A DNA stretch of 64,000 nucleotides from Coprothermobacterota bacterium. GTDB taxonomy: Bacteria > Coprothermobacterota > HKB111. The notes beneath the pieces are model-generated. The model was given only the letters and a program-made list of their open reading frames with translations, ran no database searches and had not been told where the DNA came from. The position numbers and the translations under genes were made by a program. Below, in pieces: positions 55,550 to 64,000 of this stretch. The DNA is taken from contig JBBIIY010000005.1 in the NCBI GenBank assembly GCA_037446255.1, positions 2,859 through 66,858 of the forward strand, read 5' to 3'. Each line of letters opens with the position of its first letter. Positions within the stretch are counted from its first letter, which is position 1.

Positions 55550-57720
55550 GACTGCTCCATTTCCTCAACACCAAGATTAATCCATTCCAGGCCATCAACC
55601 TGGATTGATAATGATTCACCACCTACATAACCAATCGCGTTAACATTAAGACCATTTTTTTGAGCTAACTGCCACAATACAGGTATATAATCAGACTTTA
55701 TACTTACAATCACCCTGGATTGGCTTTCTCCAAAAAGCAAAGCATCTACCCGAAGGTCTTCTTTCTTTAACACTATTTTTGCCCCCATGCCCCCACTTAT
55801 ACAGCATTCAGCTAAAGCCACAGCTAAACCCCCTTCCGATAGATCGTGAGCGGAATTTATTATCCCTTCACTAATCGCCAGGTATAAGGTTTCCTGCACA
55901 GATTTTTCTTTCTTTAAAGAGAGGGCCGGTGGCTTACCCTTGATCAGGTCATGAACCTGCAAAAGATACTGACTACCACCCAATTCGTTGTAACTATCTC
56001 CCAGAAGCACTATAATATCCCCCTGAGTTTTAAAAGCGAGAGTGCATCTTTTATCAATATTTTCCAGTAAACCAACCATCCCTACTGTAGGTGTAGGATG
56101 TATCGGACTCCCGCTCCTCTCATTATAAAAAGAAACATTTCCCCCCACTACCGGAGTTTGTAAAACTCTACAAGCTTCACTCATCCCTTCTATGGTTTTG
56201 AGGAATTGCCAAAAAATTTCAGGTTTTTCCGGGTTACCAAAATTAAGACAGTCGGTAACCGCAAGTGGCCTGGCTCCTGAACAAACAATATTACGGGTAG
56301 CTTCGGCTACCGCAATCATACCGCCGATATAAGGATCCAGGTAACTATAAAGAGAGTTGCAATCGGTGGTTAAGGCCAGTCCTTTGGTGGTATCCCTGAT
56401 TCTTATAACCGCAGCGTCTGACCCGGGGTGTATAACTGTACTGGTTCTAACCATATAATCGTACTGCTCATATACCCATTCTTTGCTGGCAATGGTAGGA
56501 GAAGAAAGTAATGTTAATAACACCCTGTTAGCATCTGCTACCTCAGGCAGTTCACTCAGGTTGAAGTTAGATACATCTTTGATATAATCAGGCTCAATTG
56601 CTAAAGGAGAATATACCGGTGCATCTTCTGCTAACATCCTGGCAGGTACTTCAGCCACAATTTTTCCACCATGATATATCTTAAGCATTCGGTCATCAGT
56701 CACTTTGCCAATAGCAACCGCGCTTAAACCCCAGCGGTCACATACCTCCATAACCTTATTTTCCTTGGACGGTTCTACGATTAAGAGCATCCGTTCCTGA
56801 GATTCCGATAGCATTATTTCATAAGGAGTCAGGCTTTTTTCCCGCAGGGGTACCAGGTCCAGATCAATCTCCATACCTGTCCCTGCCCGACTGGCGGTTT
56901 CCGAAGTAGCACAGGTCAGTCCTGCTCCTCCTAAATCCTGTAATCCAACCAGATAATCATTTTCAATCAGTTCCAGGCAGGCTTCCACCAGCAGTTTTTC
57001 CATAAAAGGGTCACCCACCTGAACAGAAGGTCTTTTGTTTTCTGAAATCTCACTCAGTTCTTCCGAAGCAAAGGTTACCCCATGAATTCCGTCTCTACCG
57101 GTACAGGCTCCCACAAGTATTACCAAATTATTCACACCGGTAGCCCAACCTTTCATCAGGCGATTTTTATTTACCAATCCCACGCACATGGCATTAACCA
57201 GTGGATTAGATTCATAACAGGGGTCAAAATATACTTCGCCTCCTACGGTAGGTATACCAATACAATTTCCATAACCCCCAATTCCAGCCACCACCCCGCT
57301 AAAAAGATGCCTGACGCGGGGATTCAGGAGCAAGCCAAAGCGAAGAGAGTTTAATAGCGCCACAGGTCTGGCACCCATAGCTAAAATGTCCCGGATAATC
57401 CCTCCTACACCGGTAGCCGCCCCCTGATAGGGCTCAATAGCTGAGGGATGGTTATGGGATTCAATTTTAAAACAAACCGCCAAGCCATCGCCGATATCTA
57501 CCACTCCAGCATTTTCACCAGGACCCTGCAGTACCCTTTCCCCGGTGGTGGGAAACATTTTTAAGGCTTTTCGTGAATGTTTGTAGGAGCAGTGTTCAGA
57601 CCACATAACACTGAACATTCCCAGTTCTACATGATTTGGTTCTCTACCCATTCCATCCGTTATCAACTGGTACTCGGTGTCAGTTAAACCCATTTCCTGC
57701 CAGATTTTTGTTTTTTTCAT
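55516..57720 (-). CDS. purL: phosphoribosylformylglycinamidine synthase subunit II
   Basis: 734 aa. [21 protein letters not shown] motif. Confidence 0.9.
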   Translation of the reverse strand: MKKTKIWQEMGLTDTEYQLITDGMGREPNHVELGMFSVMWSEHCSYKHSRKALKMFPTTGERVLQGPGENAGVVDIGDGLAVCFKIESHNHPSAIEPYQGAATGVGGIIRDILAMGARPVALLNSLRFGLLLNPRVRHLFSGVVAGIGGYGNCIGIPTVGGEVYFDPCYESNPLVNAMCVGLVNKNRLMKGWATGVNNLVILVGACTGRDGIHGVTFASEELSEISENKRPSVQVGDPFMEKLLVEACLELIENDYLVGLQDLGGAGLTCATSETASRAGTGMEIDLDLVPLREKSLTPYEIMLSESQERMLLIVEPSKENKVMEVCDRWGLSAVAIGKVTDDRMLKIYHGGKIVAEVPARMLAEDAPVYSPLAIEPDYIKDVSNFNLSELPEVADANRVLLTLLSSPTIASKEWVYEQYDYMVRTSTVIHPGSDAAVIRIRDTTKGLALTTDCNSLYSYLDPYIGGMIAVAEATRNIVCSGARPLAVTDCLNFGNPEKPEIFWQFLKTIEGMSEACRVLQTPVVGGNVSFYNERSGSPIHPTPTVGMVGLLENIDKRCTLAFKTQGDIIVLLGDSYNELGGSQYLLQVHDLIKGKPPALSLKKEKSVQETLYLAISEGIINSAHDLSEGGLAVALAECCISGGMGAKIVLKKEDLRVDALLFGESQSRVIVSIKSDYIPVLWQLAQKNGLNVNAIGYVGGESLSIQVDGLEWINLGVEEMEQSWKNTIAKLMS

Positions 57721-58412
57721 ACTTTCTCCAGATGGTTAAGCAGGGATTGAAAAATACATAAACCATCGGTGGAACCCAGAATGGCTTCCCCAGCCCTTTC
57801 GGGATGAGGCATCATACCTAATACATTACCTTTCCGGTTACTTACCCCCGCAATATTTAACAACGCTCCATTAGGATTGGCTTCATCGCAAACTGTTCCC
57901 ATAGAAGTTGTATAGCGAAAAATAACCTGTTTATTCTCTAACAGACTTTTTAAACCCTGTTCATCAATATAGTAATTTCCATCGCCATGAGCGATGGGTA
58001 ATTTGAGTATTCTTTCAGGCTCAATAAAGTTGGTAAAAGGGGTATTTACATTTTCTACTTTCAGGTGCACGAATTGGCAGTGGAATTTTAAATCTTTGTT
58101 TCTAAGCAACACCCCGGGTAAAAGACCCACTTCGGTTAAAATCTGGAAACCGTTACAGATGCCTAAGACCAGCCCTCCTCGGTCAGCAAACTCAACTACT
58201 TCCTGCATTACCGGAGAAAAACGGGCAATAGCTCCACAACGAAGATAGTCACCATAGGAAAAACCCCCAGGAAGGATGAGGCAATCAAAACCTTTAAGAC
58301 TGTTTTGTTGATGCCAGATGTATTCAACAGGCTTTCCAAATACATCTTTTACTAGATGATAAGCATCTAAATCGCAGTTAGACCCGGGAAATACTATTAC
58401 TCCAAACTTCAT
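57717..58412 (-). CDS. purQ: phosphoribosylformylglycinamidine synthase glutaminase subunit
   Basis: I chose the ATG at 58412 ([14 protein letters not shown]), 1 nt after the purS stop, over the track start at 58448. Contains LGICNGFQ and MPHPER. Confidence 0.9.
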   Translation of the reverse strand: MKFGVIVFPGSNCDLDAYHLVKDVFGKPVEYIWHQQNSLKGFDCLILPGGFSYGDYLRCGAIARFSPVMQEVVEFADRGGLVLGICNGFQILTEVGLLPGVLLRNKDLKFHCQFVHLKVENVNTPFTNFIEPERILKLPIAHGDGNYYIDEQGLKSLLENKQVIFRYTTSMGTVCDEANPNGALLNIAGVSNRKGNVLGMMPHPERAGEAILGSTDGLCIFQSLLNHLEKV

Positions 58413-58413
58413 C

Positions 58414-58665
58414 TCAAACTTCTTTGATGCAAAAATGGTAATCTTCAATAACCGTATTGGCCAGCAATTTTTCGCACATCTCTTTTACGGTTTCTTCCAC
58501 GATCTGCTGGTTTTCACCTGTAAGCTCCATTTCCAGATGTTTACCAATACGAACACTGTTAATTCCTTTATAATTCATGGTATCCAGAGCTTTAGCTACG
58601 GCTTGCCCCTGGGGGTCAAGAATTCCTTTTCTGGGCATCACTATTATTATCACTTTATATAACAT
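58414..58665 (-). CDS. purS: phosphoribosylformylglycinamidine synthase subunit PurS
   Basis: I chose the ATG at 58665 ([20 protein letters not shown]), 1 nt after the purC stop. Confidence 0.85.
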   Translation of the reverse strand: MLYKVIIIVMPRKGILDPQGQAVAKALDTMNYKGINSVRIGKHLEMELTGENQQIVEETVKEMCEKLLANTVIEDYHFCIKEV

Positions 58666-58666
58666 C

Positions 58667-59386
58667 TCAGGCTCCTTCCAGCCTTTTAAGAACTTCTGCA
58701 TAAGCCTGGGTTACACCGCCTAAATCACGACGAAACCTATCCTTATCAAGTTTGTCATGGGTGCTGGCATCCCAGAACCTGCAGGTATCAGGAGATATTT
58801 CATCACCTAATATCAGTACACCTTGATGTACGCCAAACTCCAGTTTAAAATCCACCAGCAATATTTTTTTGGATAAAAGATACTTTTTAAGAATATCGTT
58901 TATTCTAAAAGCCAGATAAGTTATTTTCGAAACTTGCTCTGGTGTGGCTAAACCCAGGGCATAAATATGGTATTCATTGATCATAGGGTCTTTCAGGGCA
59001 TCATCTTTATAATAGAGCTCCAATATAGACTTTTTAAGTTCTCTGCCTTCTTCAATTCCTAATCTACGGGATAGGCTGCCAGCAATTATGTTCCTGACCA
59101 CCACTTCCACTTTCAGAATATCTAATTTTTTAACCAGCATTTCACGCGCGGAATACTTTTTGACAAAGTGAGTTTGAATATTATTATCTTCCAGCAAAAG
59201 AAATAGAATGGTAGATATTTTGTTGTTAACCTCCCCTTTGTTGGCTATTTGACCTTTTTTGAGACCGTCAAAAGCGGTGGCATCATCTTTAAATTCAATC
59301 ACCAGGTAATCTGGATTACAGGTGGCATAAACATCTTTGGCTTTACCCTGATAAAGAAGTTCTCTCTTTTCCAAGTTTACCTCCAA
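58667..59386 (-). CDS. purC: SAICAR synthetase
   Basis: [10 protein letters not shown] and ...[13 protein letters not shown] motifs. Confidence 0.9.
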   Translation of the reverse strand: MEVNLEKRELLYQGKAKDVYATCNPDYLVIEFKDDATAFDGLKKGQIANKGEVNNKISTILFLLLEDNNIQTHFVKKYSAREMLVKKLDILKVEVVVRNIIAGSLSRRLGIEEGRELKKSILELYYKDDALKDPMINEYHIYALGLATPEQVSKITYLAFRINDILKKYLLSKKILLVDFKLEFGVHQGVLILGDEISPDTCRFWDASTHDKLDKDRFRRDLGGVTQAYAEVLKRLEGA

Positions 59387-59880
59387 CCCTTCTCCTCAAT
59401 TTCGCATGCTTTAATTTCTACTGCTTCTTTCATTTTATCTTTATAAGAAGCATATTTATGTTTCAAACCAGTATCCAGCACCCCCAGGATTTGTACAGCT
59501 AATAAACCAGCATTTTTAGCTCCATTTATAGCTACAGTAGCTACCGGAACACCCGGTGGCATCTGAACAATAGAGTATAAAGCATCCACGCCGCCCAACG
59601 AACCTGTTTCCACAGGAACCCCGATAACTGGAAGTTCGGTAATAGAAGCTACCATCCCAGGAAGGTGAGCAGAACCACCTGCACCCGCAATGATAACTTT
59701 TAACCCCCGCTGGGAAGCTTTTCTGGCATACCCATACAGCCTTTCGGGTGTTCTATGGGCCGATACTATGGTCAATTCGTATGGAACACCAAATTCTTCC
59801 AATAGTTCTGCGGCTGACTTCATTACCGTTAAATCTGAACTACTTCCCATTATTATGCCAACAACAGGTTTTTCTGACAT
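59377..59880 (-). CDS. purE: N5-carboxyaminoimidazole ribonucleotide mutase
   Basis: IIMGSSSDL and [10 protein letters not shown] motifs. Confidence 0.9.
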   Translation of the reverse strand: MSEKPVVGIIMGSSSDLTVMKSAAELLEEFGVPYELTIVSAHRTPERLYGYARKASQRGLKVIIAGAGGSAHLPGMVASITELPVIGVPVETGSLGGVDALYSIVQMPPGVPVATVAINGAKNAGLLAVQILGVLDTGLKHKYASYKDKMKEAVEIKACEIEEKGWR

Positions 59881-59884
59881 TAGT

Positions 59885-61057
59885 TTAACCTCCTTCCTGA
59901 GATATTATTTTTAAGGATTTTTCTGCTTTTTGGGCAATTTCCATCGCCCTATCTATATTCGTGTTAACCACAGTAAAATGCCCCATCTTTCTAAGAGGAG
60001 CAGTCTTCTTTTTACCATAAAAATGAAGGTGAAGACCGGGTAGTGAGAGAGCTTTATTTACCCCTGTAAGGACTGCAGGTCCCTGATAACCTTCATCTCC
60101 CAGTAGATTAACCATGACGGCCGGGTTAATCAGGCTTGTGTCTCCCAGTGGCAGACCGGCTATTGCTCTGATATGCTGTTCAAACTGTGAGGTAACGCAG
60201 GCTTCAATGGTGAAATGACCAGAATTATGCGGACGGGGTGCTACTTCGTTAACCAGAATCTGCTCATCATCAGTTAAAAACATCTCCACGCAAAATATAC
60301 CCACCCCTGAAAAAACTGACATTACCTTTTCAGCAACTTCTTTTGCCTTACTACATATTTCAGGTGATACCCGCGCAGGGACCATACACCTGTACAGAAT
60401 ATGATTTCTGTGTTCATTTTCGGCTAAGGGATAGGTTTTAATTTCCCCGTTTATACCCCGGGCAGCAATTATGGAAATCTCTTTAGTAAAACTAACCCAT
60501 TCTTCAGCCATGAGATTTGGGTTGTTTATTTTCATATACATTTCTTCAACCTTTTGTTGATTTTCCACCAACCAGTTCCCTTTACCATCGTAACCCCCGT
60601 AAAGCGATTTAATAATCAGTGGATAACCAAGTTCATTACCAGCCTGGATTAATTCTGCTTTACTGAAAACTTTTCGGAAAAGAGGCACGGGAATTCCTGC
60701 CATCGCCAGGGCTTCTTTCTGAAGAAGTTTATTTTGAATAATGTTTAGAGAGTGAGGAGTGGGATAGATAGCCCTGCCCTCACTTTCCAGAGATATCAGG
60801 GTAAGGCTATCTATATGTTCAAATTCATAGGTAACCACGTCCGAGGTCTCGGCCAGGAACCTTATAGATTCACTATCCTCAAAATCAGTTACAATTTGGT
60901 TATCTGCTACCTGACCTGCCGGGCATCTGGGTGTGGGGTCAAGAATGGTAACCTGAAAACCCAACTGTTTGGCTGATACAGTCATCATTTTGCCTAATTG
61001 ACCGCCACCAATTATGCCTATCCTGAAGGGAGGTTCAAGAGGGATTCTATCAAGCAT
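59885..61057 (-). CDS. purK: N5-carboxyaminoimidazole ribonucleotide synthase
   Basis: [13 protein letters not shown] and ATP-grasp motifs. First gene of the operon. Confidence 0.9.
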   Translation of the reverse strand: MLDRIPLEPPFRIGIIGGGQLGKMMTVSAKQLGFQVTILDPTPRCPAGQVADNQIVTDFEDSESIRFLAETSDVVTYEFEHIDSLTLISLESEGRAIYPTPHSLNIIQNKLLQKEALAMAGIPVPLFRKVFSKAELIQAGNELGYPLIIKSLYGGYDGKGNWLVENQQKVEEMYMKINNPNLMAEEWVSFTKEISIIAARGINGEIKTYPLAENEHRNHILYRCMVPARVSPEICSKAKEVAEKVMSVFSGVGIFCVEMFLTDDEQILVNEVAPRPHNSGHFTIEACVTSQFEQHIRAIAGLPLGDTSLINPAVMVNLLGDEGYQGPAVLTGVNKALSLPGLHLHFYGKKKTAPLRKMGHFTVVNTNIDRAMEIAQKAEKSLKIISQEGG

Positions 61058-61178
61058 ATGGCTTACCTCTTAACCCTGATTGATATCGAGAAAATAATAA
61101 AGCCCTGACTGAAAAATATAGCCAGAGATAGATAAGAGCAGAATAATCCGCACTATATCTAAACATCATGACAACTAT

Positions 61179-61190
61179 ATTATACCACAA
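61179..61190 (-). promoter_or_regulatory. candidate extended -10 promoter (TTGTGGTATAAT) for the pur operon
   Basis: On the minus strand, TGGTATAAT (TGnTATAAT) lies about 120 nt upstream of the purK ATG, with a weak -35 (TTTAAG) at 17-nt spacing. Confidence 0.3.
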
Positions 61191-61265
61191 CCAACCAAAG
61201 CCTTAAAACTATGTCCTACATCTACCCCGATCATCGCAAGAAATTCAAGAGGGAGGGGTTCAAGT

Positions 61266-61277
61266 GGGACTGTCCCC
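61266..61277. repeat. family-2 palindromic motif GGGACTGTCCCC
   Basis: Read directly. Confidence 0.55.
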
Positions 61278-61419
61278 AACGATTTAACTGGTTTTTCATC
61301 ACGATATTCAATAGAAATTGATTTAACTTCATTATCCTTTATTCAAAAATTATGTTTGTAATAATTCTTAAATTTCTTTGTATTAATATATGAAAATCTT
61401 TATGAAAGGAGAATGCTTT

Positions 61420-62016
61420 ATGAAAAAATATATGGTCGTGTTAGTGGTTACCATGCTGGTGCTGGGAATTTCAGTTACTGCGTATGGTTACGGTATGAAA
61501 GGGTATTTTCAAGGTGGAATGTTTGGACCTAAATCAGGCGAAAGATTGGAAAACTTGCTTCAAAAACAAGCCACCATTTTAGGCATCACTATAGACGAAC
61601 TTAAAAAACAGCTGGAAAGCGGTAAAACATTTCTTGATTTAGCCAAAGAAAAGGGAATCAATGTAAAACCGATGATGAATAAGATGTTTAGAAATGAAGG
61701 AATGCTTACAAGATATGCTTCTATCCTGGGTATTACCGTAGAAGAACTTAAAAAGGAACTGGAAAGTGGTAAAACATTTTTAGACATTGCTAAAGCCAAG
61801 GGAATTACCGAAGAACAACTTAAAGCTAAAATGCTTGAACTACAAAAAGAAAGGTTACAGGAATTGGTCAAAGCTGGAAAAATCACTCAGGAACAAGCTG
61901 ATCAGAAACTGAAAGCTATGAAACAACGCCAGGAACAGGCTCCGTGCCCTACCTGCGGACAGGGTTTTGGATTTCCGGGGGGATTCAAAGGAAAATTTAA
62001 TCGGCCCAATCCGTAA
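61420..62016 (+). CDS. secreted repeat protein (two ILGIT-x-[DE]ELKK-x-LESGKTFLD-x-AK-x-KGI units; C-terminal CPTC and Gly/Phe-rich tail)
   Basis: I prefer the ATG at 61420 (after AAGGAGAA), which gives a signal peptide MKKYMVVLVVTMLVLGISVTAYG. The internal duplication is visible at both protein and DNA level. Confidence 0.6.
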   Translation: MKKYMVVLVVTMLVLGISVTAYGYGMKGYFQGGMFGPKSGERLENLLQKQATILGITIDELKKQLESGKTFLDLAKEKGINVKPMMNKMFRNEGMLTRYASILGITVEELKKELESGKTFLDIAKAKGITEEQLKAKMLELQKERLQELVKAGKITQEQADQKLKAMKQRQEQAPCPTCGQGFGFPGGFKGKFNRPNP

Positions 62017-62028
62017 GAAAAATTTATT

Positions 62029-62059
62029 GGTGCCGAGCGAAAGTTCGGCACCTTTTTTT
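62029..62059 (+). terminator. Rho-independent terminator
   Basis: GGTGCCGA-gcgaaagt-TCGGCACC followed by TTTTTTT. Confidence 0.75.
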
Positions 62060-62115
62060 ATTGTCTATTAACTCCTTGATACACCAAGTAACACACTAAG
62101 GTTCTAAATGTTAAA

Positions 62116-62745
62116 ATGGTTAAAACAACAACAGGAATGTTAAAAATTATACCCGAAAAGGTTTATGAGAATGATAGGGAACTTGTCAAGTACGGTTCGG
62201 ATGAAGATATCGCCAGGGCCGTACAAAGTGGTGATATAAGCGCTTTTGAGGTGCTTATACACCGTTATGAAGAAAAAATTAACCGTTATATTTTGAGAAT
62301 TTTACCTGACTTTGAAGAAGCTCAGGATTTACTGCAGGAAACATTTATGAAAGTGTATGTTAACATCAATAGTTTTGATGTGAAAAGAAGATTCTCACCC
62401 TGGATATACCGCATTGCTCACAACGAAGTGATCAATAGGGTAAGACAGAAAAGTAGAGAAATGATTTCTCCTTTTGATTTAGATACTTTTCTACCAATGT
62501 CTCTTAAAGAAGGTGTGATGAATAAGGCTGATGATATTAAACTTACCTCAGCTGAACTCAATAAGTGTATGGGAAAATTAGAAGTAAAATACCGTGAACC
62601 TCTGCTTTTCTTTTACATAGAAGAATTAAGTTACAACGACATTTCGGATATTTTACGTATTCCTGTTTCCACTGTAGGGGTACGTATAAAAAGAGGAAAA
62701 GACATGTTAAAAAGAATTTGTAAAGAGATGGGTTATGAACTATGA
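62116..62745 (+). CDS. ECF-type sigma-70 family RNA polymerase sigma factor
   Basis: Region 2 (EAQDLLQETFMKVY, WIYRIAHNEVINR) and region 4 (LSYNDISDILRIPVSTVGVRIKRG). Confidence 0.85.
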   Translation: MVKTTTGMLKIIPEKVYENDRELVKYGSDEDIARAVQSGDISAFEVLIHRYEEKINRYILRILPDFEEAQDLLQETFMKVYVNINSFDVKRRFSPWIYRIAHNEVINRVRQKSREMISPFDLDTFLPMSLKEGVMNKADDIKLTSAELNKCMGKLEVKYREPLLFFYIEELSYNDISDILRIPVSTVGVRIKRGKDMLKRICKEMGYEL

Positions 62746-63479
62746 GTGAACAAGGAATAAAGCCAACCGTTAAAGATAAAATATTGGAAGCTATCAAGAG
62801 CAAGCAGGTCAGGATAAAACCTCGCTGGCATTTTATAGTCAAAAGTCTGCTGGTAGCTACTGGCTTGATATTTGCCTTCCTGGCTTCAATATTTCTTATC
62901 AGTTTTACTTTATTTAACTTACGCTTAAGTGGTGCCTTGTTTTTACCCGTTTTTGGCTTCCGTGGGTGGAGAATTCTGCTTACCTCTCTACCCTGGCTGA
63001 TAATCGGATTATCCATCCTACTCTTAGTTATCACCGAGATTCTGGCAAAAAATTATACTCCGGTTTACCGAAAACCTATTTTACTATCGGTAGCAGCTAT
63101 TATTATTTTAGCCCTGATATCTAGCTTTGTTTTATACGCAACACCCATGCACCAGAGATTATTTGACTACTCGCGAGACCAAAAGATTCCTATTACGGGT
63201 CCTTTATACAGGCATTATGGCATGATGCGACCTTCAGAGTTCACTCCTGGCACTATAACCCTATTTATAAACAACGATTTTCGTATTTTAACCCCTCTAC
63301 AAGAGATATTTTTGGTCAAAACCAGTGCTGAAACTATATTTCCCAGAGGAAGAGAGTTACTTGTAGGAGATATGGTAATGGTGATCGGTAGAAAAGAAGA
63401 TGGAACCATATTTGCTCTTGGTATCAGGAAGTTTCGAGGCGAAGAGTTCCGGCAACATATGCCAGGACCGAGATATTAG
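62742..63479 (+). CDS. membrane protein, positional candidate anti-sigma or sigma-associated factor
   Basis: 245 aa with 4 hydrophobic helices followed by a soluble C-terminal domain. ATGA overlap with the sigma gene. Confidence 0.45.
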   Translation: MSEQGIKPTVKDKILEAIKSKQVRIKPRWHFIVKSLLVATGLIFAFLASIFLISFTLFNLRLSGALFLPVFGFRGWRILLTSLPWLIIGLSILLLVITEILAKNYTPVYRKPILLSVAAIIILALISSFVLYATPMHQRLFDYSRDQKIPITGPLYRHYGMMRPSEFTPGTITLFINNDFRILTPLQEIFLVKTSAETIFPRGRELLVGDMVMVIGRKEDGTIFALGIRKFRGEEFRQHMPGPRY

Positions 63480-63553
63480 ATATTTCGAAAAATAAAGCGT
63501 TAAACAGGACAGTTATTGCTTAACCTCCCTCCTTGAACTATCTTGTTATGTGA

Positions 63554-63580
63554 GAAGCAGTCCCCTTAAGGGACTGCTTC
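63554..63580. terminator. perfect 11-bp hairpin between convergent genes (built on the family-2 core)
   Basis: GAAGCAGTCCC-cttaa-GGGACTGCTTC. There is no clear T-tract, so a terminator function is uncertain. Confidence 0.4.
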
Positions 63581-63676
63581 CATTTATGCAAAGATTCTGA
63601 CCCTGAACCGAGAGTTATAGAAAAAAGGGTCGTCACCCCATCCTTGATACAGAATCTATTTTAATAGAGATTAAAA

Positions 63677-63706
63677 CTGAGACTCTGGATCGGCGTCCAG
63701 AGTGAC
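63677..63706 (+). repeat. family-3 hairpin repeat
   Basis: ctgagACTCTGGAtcggcgTCCAGAGTgac is related to 38453-38482. Confidence 0.55.
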
Positions 63707-63738
63707 ATTCACCCATATTGTCTTCAGCTCTTGAGAAG

Positions 63739-64000
63739 TTAACCCAAATATTTACTTTTTCCCCAGGTGGATAAAAATTCCTGCAGGTGCGGTTGTTTTA
63801 TCTCTTTAAGAGAGTTTTTTACCAATAGAAGCTCTTTTTCGTAATCATCGGGGGAAACCAGACCTCTCATCAGGTTAAACCGTTGATATATCAGATAAGT
63901 GTTAATTACATCTATTTCACAGTAATTCCTGATTTCCTTGATTCTACCTAACTGCCAGTACTCCCATACTGATGACCCTACCATATTCATTTTTCCCGGT
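63739..64000 (-). CDS. C-terminal part of a predicted 3'-5' exonuclease related to the PolB exonuclease domain (COG3298-like); 5' end lies outside the window
   Basis: The frame stays open to the window edge. YCEIDVINTYLIYQRFNLMRG resembles the ExoIII-motif region of this family, recalled from memory. Confidence 0.45.
   Translation of the reverse strand, partial: PGKMNMVGSSVWEYWQLGRIKEIRNYCEIDVINTYLIYQRFNLMRGLVSPDDYEKELLLVKNSLKEIKQPHLQEFLSTWGKSKYLG

Noticed and set aside
61058-61190. A purine (guanine/adenine) or ZTP riboswitch in the purK leader
   Set aside because: The conserved cores (UAUAAU..GAUAUGG..UUUCUACC..CCGUAAA, or the ZTP GGGUCGUGAC/CCGCCUGGGC elements) are not present on the minus strand. 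Only a formal Rfam scan could overturn this.
1-64000. A CRISPR array or further cas genes to accompany the Cas10-like ORF
   Set aside because: No regularly spaced direct repeats of 25-40 nt with unique spacers are visible in any spacer. The repeats present are irregularly dispersed single modules. None of the other ORFs resembles Cas1/2/6, Csm/Cmr or CARF proteins.

Overview
This window looks like chromosomal backbone from a low-GC, apparently anaerobic bacterium with Firmicutes/Clostridia-like gene order (xerD-deoB, a purEK...HD-type operon, the TIGR03960/TIGR03936 radical-SAM pair, a SCIFF locus, SLH domains). The taxon cannot be fixed from sequence alone. I support about 60 protein genes and 2 tRNAs (Gln-CTG, Glu-CTC). 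I see no rRNA, CRISPR array, transposase or prophage. The main blocks are as follows. (1) 1-10.5 kb: amino-acid and redox genes, including a four-domain CoA-disulfide-reductase/rhodanese/TusA/DsrE fusion and a rocD-like aminotransferase. (2) 10.6-14.2 kb: a MacAB-type ABC efflux operon. (3) 14.5-18.5 kb: a histidine kinase, a CheY-like regulator and a receiver-PAS-HD-GYP regulator. (4) 18.8-21.6 kb: tRNA-Gln, an orphan 622-aa HD protein whose N-terminal half resembles Cas10 (HD + Palm1) with no other cas genes nearby, and an unlisted 57-aa Trm112-like ORF. (5) 22-33 kb: an SLH-fused solute-binding protein, xerD, deoB, holA, an M16 peptidase, and a SCIFF-type RiPP locus whose 45-aa precursor (absent from the ORF track) keeps only 3 of the 6 family cysteines. 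(6) 38.6-44.4 kb: pyrB-I-C-F-K-D-E. (7) 46-49 kb: an ECF-sigma module plus tRNA-Glu. (8) 49.6-61.1 kb: purK-E-C-S-Q-L-F-M-N-H-D. (9) 61.4-63.5 kb: a second ECF-sigma module. The longer intergenic spacers are mosaics of at least three families of short hairpin or palindromic dispersed repeats. The two best candidates for new biology are the solo Cas10-like gene and the cysteine-depleted SCIFF precursor. All functional calls come from reading the translations and recalling family motifs. No database search was run.
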